Assembly: GCA_004431415.1 (NCBI GenBank)
Contig: QPMI01000359.1
Span: 1-48,276, forward strand
Direction: 5' to 3'
From: Cyanophora paradoxa CCMP329
Taxonomy: Eukaryota > Plantae > Glaucophyta
Length of the DNA: 48,276 nt
Each line of letters starts with the position of its first letter. The stretch's first letter is position 1. The notes under the pieces were generated by a model that searched no databases, had not been told where the DNA came from, and saw nothing but the letters and a program-made list of their open reading frames with translations. The position numbers and the translations under genes are program-made. Below are positions 11,901-20,922 of the stretch, one piece after another.

Positions 11901-13180
11901 GGGAGCGGGCGGCGCTCCCCGCCCCCCTCACCGCCTTCCACTTCGACCCCCGTCCCCCGCGTCCGCCCCCGCCCCCGCCCCCGCTCCCCTCTGCGTGCGC
12001 CTGACCGGGCCCCGCCGCCGCGCAGCGCTGCAGCGGCCGCTGCTGCCCTCGCAGAAGTGCCGCCCCTTCCGCGAGCCCTTCCTCATCGCCGCCCTCGTGC
12101 GCCCCTGCGCCGGCCGCCCTCTCTATCTGAGAAGACGTCGCCTGAGGCTTTCCTGCGCGGCGCAGCCGTGCGAGGAGCCCGGGGGCACCGGCCCGCCCCG
12201 CCTCGACTGGCTCGCCCGCGGCCTGCCCCGCAGCCAGGGCCCTCCGGGCCCCCCCCGCGCCTCCCCGACCGGGGTGGCTCCGGCCCCGCAGCGCCAGCCG
12301 GCCGGCCCGGGCGGGGCCGCGGCTTCGTCGCCACTGGCGCGACGCGGGGCCGCGGCGTGCACGGGCTCGCCGGCCCGCGGTCCCCGCCAGGCCGGGGTCG
12401 GCGTCCGGCCGGGGCGCCCCCCGGCCGGAGCCGGGGCGAGCCCCCGCCGGCGGCGGCGCCGGTGCTGCCGGCTCCGCGGCCCCCACGCGGGGCCCCTCGG
12501 CGCCGGCGCCGGTGCCGGCCCCGGGGCGGACCTGACGTGGCAGCAGCAGGCGATGCTGCAGCAGCCGCGCGCGCGCCGCTCTCCCCCGCCCGCCGCCGCC
12601 GTCCCGCCGCCGGCGCCGGCGCCGGCTGCCTCTGCAGCTGCTGCGGCGGCGCCGCCCGGCCCGGGGCTCGCCCCCTCGCCTCGTTCGCCGAGCTCGAGGT
12701 CGGGCCGCCGCCGGCTGCGCGGGGCGGCCAGCGCGGGCGCCGCGGCGGACGCGGGCCGGCCCGGGGCAGCAGCAGCAGCAGGCGCCCAGGCCGCCCGCGC
12801 CCTCCGCCCACGCCCTCGACGGCCCGGCCCTCCTGCCGACGCCGCCCGCGGCGCCGGCCGCCGGCGCCAACGCGGCCCGGCAGCAGCAGCGGCCGGCGTC
12901 GGGCCGCCGCGGGGGCGCGGAGGGGGCGCCGCCCGGCCCCAGCCTCCGGCGGACGCGTGGGCGCCCCCTCGGGCTTCGTCGCGGGGCCTCCGGGCGGCGG
13001 GGCGGCCCCCGGACCCGGCGCCGGCACGGAGGCGGGCCCGGCCCCGCCTCGGCCCTCAACTGGCAGCAGCAGATGCTCATGGGCTTCGGCGGTGGTGGCG
13101 GCGGCGGCGGCGGTGCAGGAGGCCGGCGCGGGGGCGGCCGCGGCGGGCGGGGCGGCCGCGGCGGGCCCGTCCGACAGTGA
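8957..13180 (+). CDS. XRN-family 5'-3' exoribonuclease: N-terminal nuclease domain, acidic insert, low-complexity Gln/Pro/RGG tail
   Basis: Spliced motifs MGIAGYHKWL, YDH-IFFDLNGIAH, VLDGP-GPLAKVNTQRARR, LTP-GTHFM, GE-GELKI, IVGMDADLILL, DFVLMAILCGNDYLPKL, GLLWNLEMY. All canonical acidic XRN catalytic positions appear present. The C-terminal frame ends GGRRGGGRGGRGGRGGPVRQ*. The subfamily is not assignable. Confidence 0.85.
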
Positions 13181-13700
13181 CCGAGAGCGAGACCAGCGGA
13201 GCTCAGTGCCCCCTGCTTCACACCTGAGATGCCAGAGTAGCTCCCCGCGCGGGCGCAGCAGCGGCGACGCCCTTGTTTGTGCAGCCCGGGGGGTCCTCCA
13301 GCATGAGAAAGAGCTTTGAGCAGCGCAGTGCCGGAGAGTACGTTGCGAGGGGGCGAGGGGAACGCCGCTGGGGAGGGCACGCAGGCGAGGCGATCCTCCA
13401 AGGGACGGGCGAGCGTGTGCCTGGGGGCCCTGAGGGCCAGGCGGGGGCGGAGCTCGAGGGGGCCCCCGCGGGATCCGGAGGCGTGGATCTCAAATTCGAA
13501 TCATTTCGAATTTACTTTTGAAAGTCCCAATTATAATGCGCCAGTACCGGTATACCATGCATATGCATATGGTAACCATGCCATATGCATGGCCAGTACT
13601 GACTGTGCTCAGCGGGGGCTGTATACGTACTTGACTGCGTATACGTACTGTCAACTGTGCTGAACGTGCACGCACTGCAACGTTAATTACTGTAAAGCAG

Positions 13701-15694
13701 GAAATATTTAAGACCCCAAAATGTTTAGTAATTCCGGGGTAATTCCTAAAATAATTAAGAGTTGGTCGCCGAAGGCTTTAGCAGGGGCCCGGGGGGTCCG
13801 GGGTGCACGTGGACGCGGCGCGTGCAAGGGGGGGGTGCTCGACGCCGGGCGCCGGCGACGCCGCGCGCGCGCTTCTGCAGCTGCGCTCCCTTCGAGCAAT
13901 TCAACTACGGCCGCGCCGACGTCACTGCGCTACGTACCCCCAGGACCTCGGGTTTAATAGTATCAAAATCTTTTTTTTTTGGTGAATTACCGGCCACAGT
14001 CTCTAGACACCAGCACTGCGGGGGCTGCCCAGGGGGCCTAAAGACAAAAAAGCAAAATAACTAAGACAAGAGCACGAAGAAAGATAAGACAAAGAGCCAA
14101 AATCGACAATAAAAAAGAAAAGACACAGAGCTCGAGACAGATCGAGAAGAGACGAGAAATCGAGCAGATCTAGGGACAGAGGATGACTGATACGAAGAAG
14201 AGCCAGAGCTAGAGATACCATCAATATCGGAAGGAATTACATCACTAAGAAGCGGAGGACAAATTTGAGAAAGATAAATAACAGGAAGCAGACAAGTAAG
14301 AGGAACAACAAGACGACGCGGAGGCGGAGGCGAAGCAGGACGACGCGAAAGGGCAGAGCTACGGCACAAGGTCGAGGAGGACACAGGAGGCGGAGCAGGC
14401 GGATCAAGAGCAGGCAAAAGGACAGTCAAAGGAATCACTAAAGCCGACCGGGGTCGAGACGGGCAGTCGAACTGCAAACGACGGCGAACAACAGGTTGAG
14501 CACGAGGACTATAGCTAGTATTGAAACTAACTTTAGTAACTCTAGCATCAACACTACGATCAGAATCCGAACTAGACCGAACTAAACTATAAGACGAAGT
14601 ACGCCGGCGCCGGCGGGATACGACCAGCGAAGCAGAAGACGAAGGCAAAGGCGGCGGTCCGGTATCAAGAACAAAGGCCGGAGGGTCCGGCCCGGCAAAC
14701 CGCCGGAGGGAAGTAGAAGGAGACGTAGGCTCGGCAAGCCGGCGACGGGTACGACCACGAGTCCGGGAGGAGATCGGGGAAGCCGGTCCCGGAGCTGAGG
14801 GCCCAGGAGCAGAGCCAGGAGAAGGTAAGCCCGGCGAGAAATCTGACCCGGAGCCGGAACCCAGCGAACGACGACGACGAAGAGGCCCCCGAGGAGCCAC
14901 GATGGGGGAGCTACCGAGCAAAGTACTGACAGCCGGCGCCGAACACGGCGGCGGAGGTACCCCACAGACAGTGGCAGGCGGAGAGTCCAGGGTCGATCGA
15001 GAGATCCGCCGACGGGAACGCGGCGGAGGCCTACGAGGCGGAAGAGGCGAGGAGGGAGCCGAGGAAGGGTCGGATCCGGAGGCAGGGGAAGGGCCGCGAG
15101 CAGGTGACGGGGATCGCTGCCGGCGCCGAAGAGAGGGCAGCGAAGCAGGAGAAAGGTCAGGTGGCGCCGGATCAGATGACACGGGGGTCATGGGCGGCGC
15201 AGAGAGAGACGAGCTCGAGGGCGCAAGGGCCCGACGAGGGCGCCGGCGGCGAATCTCACGAGCGCCAGGAAGCGGGATAGGACCCGCAGATGGGACCCGA
15301 GGCGCCGAAGGGGGAGCAGGGAGCCGGAATGACGGGGAGACCGAAAAGAGGACAGTCTCGCCAACACTCGGAAGCGGGGCAGAGGCCGAGGACCCGGAGC
15401 TCGAGGGGGGGAGGGAGGGCGGAGGAGGAGAGAGAAGGCGGCTATTCGAAGGGTATGGAGAATCGAGAGCGGAGGCGAGGGAGGCCGAAGTGATGGCGAG
15501 CTCTGAAATATTTAAGAGCCCAAAATGTTTAGTAATTCCGGGGTTCGGCCGGTTTAGTAGGCCTAGAATAATTAAGAGTTGCCAAGTTGGGCGCGCTTCT
15601 GCGCTCCCTTAGCTTCGAGCAATTTAACCACGGCCGCGCCGACGTTACTGCGACACGTACCCCGGGCCTCGGGCTTAATAGTATCAAAATCTTT
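13701..15694 (+). repeat. Diverged direct repeats 13701-13973 and 15504-15694 flanking the internal cargo
   Basis: Both begin GAAATATTTAAGA(C/G)CCCAAAATGTTTAGTAATTCCGGGGT and end TTAATAGTATCAAAATCTTT. The left copy has ~90-100 extra GC-rich bases. Confidence 0.85.
13971..15503 (-). mobile_element. 5'-truncated, poly(A)-tailed retro-insertion (3' end of a non-LTR retrotransposon or a retrocopy) with an intronless Ser/Pro/Arg-rich ORF
   Basis: T10 at 13971-13980 is A10 on the minus strand. An 80-nt 3' UTR separates it from the stop at 14061-14063. The frame is open from the junction at 15503 to the stop (~480 codons). Composition is strongly purine/A-rich on the plus strand, unlike host genes. 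No RT or endonuclease motif is retained. Confidence 0.6.
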
Positions 15695-15936
15695 AGTACT
15701 TAGGCTTTAGAGCTTTAGTACTATTAATATCCAACCTCTTAAATATTTCCTGCTTTACAGTATAACTGGCTCAGTGTCCACTGGCGAAGTCACTCGACCG
15801 CCGGTTCCGGCCCAACTTCCGGGCTGTGGCCGCGAGCTGGCCATGGGGCGACTCGCGGCGACTCGATCGGCGACCGTGGATGAGCGGTTATGAGCTCGAG
15901 CCTCGGAGTTCGATCGGGAATGTGACGTCGACGCCG

Positions 15937-15983
15937 TGATCATGATCATGATCATGATCATCGGATCATGATCATGATCATGA
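15937..15983. repeat. (TGATCA)n palindromic microsatellite, interrupted once
   Basis: TGATCATGATCATGATCATGATCAT-CG-GATCATGATCATGATCATGA. Shorter versions occur near 4651, 7266, 8231 and 23503. Confidence 0.9.
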
Positions 15984-16183
15984 CTCAGTGACGTCAAATT
16001 CAACAGACATGACGTGGTCACTTGACCTTGTCATGAGACCAAGTATTTTTTCAACAGTCACTTGACCTGCCAGGCCCAGCAGGCGGCCTGATATCGATCG
16101 GACCTCATTCTGCACTGCACGCATTCCGATCCAGCATTTCTAAGCCAATCTAAAGTCAACACTAACACCCCGGGCCTGCTACC

Positions 16184-16659
16184 ATGGACAAGTGGTTGCA
16201 ATTGTCGGCGGCCGAGCACAAAGCTGCATTCGAGAAAATGGTCCGCTTGCATTCCGGACAGACCCCGGTGCCGCAGCAGAAGGTCACGATCCCAGTGCCG
16301 ATCAGCTTCGGCAATGATAAGGTGCGCTCCTCGATCCTCGGCAATCCTGCAGTCCGTGGATCGATATCGCGTTGAAGCTTGCCCTCCTAAAATTCTTGCC
16401 CTGCTAAGCTCAGGCTGGCTTCTAACCAGAACCGTACGCGTTGGACGCACGCGCGCAGGTCGAGGTGCGCGCGGACACGTTCCTCGCGTTCCGGGGCGAC
16501 GGCTCCACCCGGGTCGACGTGGCCACCGTCCCCCAGCTGAACGTCCCCCTCAGCGAGCACGCGACGCTCTCCCTCCGCGGCCCCGTCCTCCAGGGCGGGG
16601 GCAACACGCCCCTCCGCCAGGACGGCTCCTTCGGCTTCCGCATCGGGGCCCGCTTCTAG
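16184..16659 (+). CDS. Small two-exon orphan protein (~112 aa) with amphipathic beta-strand pattern
   Basis: ATG in ACCATGG context. Intron 16322-16458 (AAG|GTGCGC...TTCTAAC...GCGCAG) joins MDKWLQ...SFGNDK in frame to VEVRADTFLAF...GSFGFRIGARF*. Confidence 0.5.
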
Positions 16660-16938
16660 CCGTCGCGATTGCCGTTGCGATTTCCGCAGTGCATACGCAC
16701 GCGGACGCGTACGCGTATCTTCGTTTTGTGGTTGCTGTAAATAGCGATTGCGATCCGTGTTGGGATTGTACATCGCACGAGCTCGAGATGAGTAAATCGG
16801 ATCGGCGAGGCACAGGGGGAGGGCGGTGGGGCCCCGGGCAAGAGGGGGCCCCGCGGGCGGGGCGGTGGGAGGGGTGGCCGGGGAGGAGCGGCGGCGGGAG
16901 GCCCAGGGGCCGGGCCGGGCGGCGGCGGGCGTTCGGGG

Positions 16939-19382
16939 TCAGACGAGCTTCTTCTGCCCAACGCGCTCCGACTTCTTGCTCTTCGTCTTCATCTCGCTGC
17001 GCCGATCCCAGCCTCAGGCGGGCGCCGGCGGGGCCGGGGCCTGGGGCGCGCGCGCGCAGAGCATCGAGCGCGCCTGTTGCGGTGCTTGCGGGCGTCCTTG
17101 TCGCTCATCAGGTCCCGCCTGCGCGGGGGCGGGCGGCGCTCGAACTCGCGTCGAGCCGGGCCGGGCCCTCGGGTCCTCCGCCCCGCGGCTCACCTGAGGC
17201 CTGACTTGGCCATCTCCTTCTTGCAGCCGGCGCACTTGTCGTTCGAGTACGGCTGCAGAGGCGCCGGCGTCAGGCCGCGCGCAGGGCGGGAGCTAGAAAC
17301 ATCGAGACCGAGACGGGCCTGCTCGGTGGCGCAGAAGCCGCAGATCATCCTGTTCGCGTACTTCGCCTCGTGCCCCGCCGTCTCCTGCGCGCGGGGGTAC
17401 GGGTGTTTCGGTTGTTGGAGGGGGGGCTAGAGGAGGGGATGGGGGGCACGTTGTGGCAGTCGTCGCAGGGGTAGGCGCGGCCGCAGCAGGGGAAGCGGAG
17501 CCAGCGGTGGGAGTTCTTGTAGTGCTTGCACGTGCCCGTGTCCGGCAGCGGCTGCCCCGCCGGCGGCAGGTTCGGGTCCCTCTTGCTGCTGCTGCTCCCT
17601 GCCGGGGTACCAGGTTCGGGCGGGGTGGGGGTGGGGCGGGGCGGGCGCACCGGAGCCGCCTGCGCGGGCGCCCGAACCGCCGCCGCCCGAGGCCGAGGAG
17701 CCAGCACCCCCCTCCGCTATCTTCCGGAACGTCGCCTGCACGCACGGTACCCAAATGGGCCTGAGCCGGACGCATTTCTCTCATATCGTGTACCCCCCGG
17801 GCTCTTACCTTCTCGTAGCGCAGGGTGAGGCGGGCGTGGCACTGCCCGCACGTCTTGTCGTACGTCGTCGCCACCGATACCCCCTTGAAGTTCACCTGCC
17901 GGACCGGTGCCCGCGATGAGGGAGACGGGTACCGTAGAACGGGGTTGCGGCGCGCACGCGGGCGCTGCAGCCGAAGCAGTGAGCGGCGCAGTCGGAGGGA
18001 AGCAGGTCGAACATATTGGCCCCGTCTGGGGGTACCGCGACGTCATGGGTTACAAGGCATTGGAGGGGTGGGCGGGATCGGGTGCCGGACCGAGGTCGAA
18101 GTACCCCGCGACGGGCTGATTGGCGTACATCGGATCCGGGCGGAAAGCAATGGACTGCGGGGGAGGGGGTGAGACAATAGGGGGTACGCCGAGGACCGGC
18201 GGGCGCGCCTGGGGGGTATGGCACTTCGGGCAGTCGGCGCGCGTGGAGAAGCCCGCGCCCTTCGTGATGGTTATCTGCGTGGGGGACATTGTTACTCAGG
18301 GATGCGAGTTCTCGGGGGTACAGGTGCACCTCGTTCTGCGCCTTGCAGCGGGCGCAGGCGACGACGGCGCGCATGGAAGTGAACTCCAGGATCCCGATCT
18401 CGAAGATCTGGGCTCGAATCAGCGCGGCGCAGTAATTCAGAGGGGAGTGGGAGCGGGGCGCGCGTCGAGGCCGTGGAGCCGCAGCTCGGTACCCCTCTTG
18501 GGGTTCGCGGAGGGTCCGCCCCGGCTCGCCGCGGGCAGCGGCGCCGGCTCCTCGCTGGAGCCGCCGCCCCCGCCACCGCCGCGGGGGGCGCGGGGCGGCG
18601 GGGAGTCCCGGGGAGGCCGGGGCGGCCGCTCTGCCTGCCCGCCGGCGCCTCCTCCAAACCCGAGCATGGCGAGGTCCTCCGCCGCGCCCCCTGTCACTCT
18701 GTCGTCTTCTTCCTCCTCCTCTTCCCCCTCGTCCTCGTCCTCCTCGTCCTCGTCCTCGTCCTCCTCGCCGCTCCCGGAGGCTTCCCCCTCGGACCCCGCG
18801 CGGCGCGGGGCGGCCTTGGGCGCCGGGGCGGGCCGGTCGGAGACGAGCGAGGAGATGCGCTCGCGGAGCCAGTCCAGGACGGCCTTGGCGTGCGGGGCGC
18901 CCTCGGGGCCCGAGCGCGCGGCCGCCTGCTCCGCCCACGCCTCCTCCACCTTCCTGCGGCGCCGGCGGCGCGCTCGGCCGGCGCCGCGCCGCGCGCCGCT
19001 GGCCGGCCACGCACTTGCGCTTCGGCTCTGGGATGCCGTCGACGACGGACAGGACCGCCGGCTCAAACGGGTAGATGCTCGGGAAGCTGGTTCGGGCGCG
19101 CGTCAACGGCAGGCGTGCGCTGGCATCTCGGCGGGCCGCGGCGGCGCCGGCTGGCGCATGCGCACGTGATTCGGACGGGCAGGAATCCGCTCTCTACGCC
19201 CTCGCACGGAAGGCGCAAGCTGACCTTGGTGTTGCTGCGGCGCGACCGGGTAAGAGCGGCGGCGAGAGGCGCGCGGCGCCGCCGGCCGGGCGAGCGACGG
19301 CCTAGGGAGCTCACGTGATGATGCGGAAGTTCTGCGTTCCCTCGCGCATGCTCTCCAGCTCCTCCTGCTTCGGCGGCGCCAT
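16939..19382 (-). CDS. CHY zinc-finger protein with RWD-like N-terminus, acidic linker and several CxxC pairs
   Basis: Spliced: MAPPKQEELESMREG...FPSIYPFEP...CARCK...CPKCH...CFGC...CGQCH...GQPLPDTGTCKHYKNSHRWLRFPCCGRAYPCDDCHN...ANRMICGFCATEQ-PYSNDKCAGCKK...KTKSKKSERVGQKKLV*. The CxHY signature is clear. Confidence 0.85.
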
Positions 19383-19583
19383 CGCGGCCGACTCGCGCGC
19401 GCGTCTCCCGGTCGCTGCAGACGGCTTCTGCCGCTGCTACTCGCCGCGTCTCCAAGGAGCGAATCAGCCTAGCCGGGCCAGGAGCAAGCGGAGTCGGCGA
19501 AGTCGCGTACCCGGCAGATCTAGAGGCCAACACGGCGACGACCAGCGCGATGACCTCCAGGCGATAGCCAGGCACTTCGAAGA
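19383..19583. promoter_or_regulatory. Putative bidirectional promoter (201 bp between divergent ATGs of the CHY gene and Rab24)
   Basis: Inferred only from the head-to-head start codons at 19382(-) and 19584(+). Confidence 0.5.
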
Positions 19584-20688
19584 ATGGCGAACAGACCCGT
19601 GGACTTGAAGGTGGTACTCCTCGGCAGCTCGAGTGTCGGCAAGAGTGCCCTGGTCGAGCGCTTCCTGCACGGCCGCTTTGTCGCCATCGCTAGCAACACA
19701 GTCGGGGCTGCCTTTGGCGCTAAAAGGTCCGTCGGCGTCGCGCGGCGCGCTTGACCGGCCGCCTCCGCCGGCTCAGTCAGCGCCATTGCAGCGTCCAGGT
19801 CGAGCAGAGGACAATCACGCTTGGCATCTGGGTGCGCGACAGCTCTTTGAAACCGCGCAATGCACGCGGCGCTTACACATGTCGCAGGACACGGCCGGTG
19901 CGTCCCCACGCTGACCGGTACCGCTGCCCGCTTCTCTCGTCGAACTCCGCCGCAGGCGCGGAGCGGTTCGAGTCGCTCAGCCGGCTCTATTACAGGGCCG
20001 CTGCGGCTGCAATCGTCTGCTATGGTCCTCTCCGGCCCCGTCTTCCGGTGCCGACGGTTCCCGACTCGCCGGGCCGGTGCGCAGACGTGACCCGAAAAGA
20101 GACGTTCGAGCGCGTGAAGTTCTGGACGAACGAGCTTCGCGGCAGCGAGGTACCCGCGCCTCGCGCTCGCGCTCTCTCGGGCGCGCGGATGAGCGCCTGC
20201 CCTCACCCGCCCTGCGTGCCAGCCCAACTGCAGCATCTACGTCGTCGCTACGAAGAGTGAGCCGCCGCCCGCGGCCTCAGCCGCGCCTCCGCCTCGCGCC
20301 CTGCTGACGACCCGGCTCGCTTTGCAGTGGACCTGGCGCCCGCTGCGCGGCAGGTGCCCGAGGCGGAGGCGCGGGAGTACGCCGTTCAGAGCGGCGCCAC
20401 CCACTGGGAGACCTCATCCGCCTCTGGTACCCCCCCCCGGCTTCGGCCCCGACGCGCTCTGGCCTCACACCGGTACCCGGGGCAGGCGAAGGGGTAGAGC
20501 CGCTGTTCGAGGCGATCGCGCGCGACTTCGCGGTGAAGAGGGGCATCGCGGGGCCCGGGGCGGGGGGTACAGGCACCCCGCGGAACCCGACGCGGGTCGT
20601 GCGGCCGGACGAGAGGCCGATAGCCCTCGAGGCGGCCCCGGGGCCGGCAGGGGCGGACGGGCGGCCCCCGCGGCGCTGCTGCACCTAG
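19584..20688 (+). CDS. RAB24: Rab GTPase, Rab24-like, 8 exons
   Basis: [22 protein letters not shown]...[10 protein letters not shown]...[56 protein letters not shown]...WETSS...RRCCT*. LGIWDTAG, AAIVCY and TKxDL are Rab24-type, and the C-terminus has a CC prenylation motif. All 7 introns are GT-AG. Confidence 0.88.
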
Positions 20689-20922
20689 CCTCGCACCCCT
20701 CGGCCCCTCATCTCATTCCCTCCTTCCTCCCTTCCATCCCACGGCCCGCCCCACGGCAGCCCACATCCTTTACAAGCTAGACACGCAGATCCATAGAGTG
20801 AAACCGGTATCTCGCGTAATTTCATTAGCGCCGCCCACAGAGACGAGAGAAAAAGCGTGCATTGGAAGGGTGGAAAGGGAAAAGGCTGAAGTCGAAGGGG
20901 TGAAAGCTTAACTTTAAGGGCC

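Larger units (their letters stand above)
13690..15760. mobile_element. Non-autonomous TIR DNA element (Tc1/mariner/pogo-type, TA target), composite, 2071 bp
   Basis: Perfect 24-bp inverted termini CTGTAAAGCAGGAAATATTTAAGA (13690-13713) and TCTTAAATATTTCCTGCTTTACAG (15737-15760), flanked by TA at 13688-13689 and 15761-15762. Subterminal TTTAGTA and ATAATTAAGAG repeats. No transposase is visible. Confidence 0.8.

Noticed and set aside
13701-15694. LTR retrotransposon, DIRS or Fanzor interpretation of the direct repeats
   Set aside because: No TG...CA ends, PBS or gag/pol, and no tyrosine recombinase or RuvC motifs. The repeats are part of the TIR element itself.
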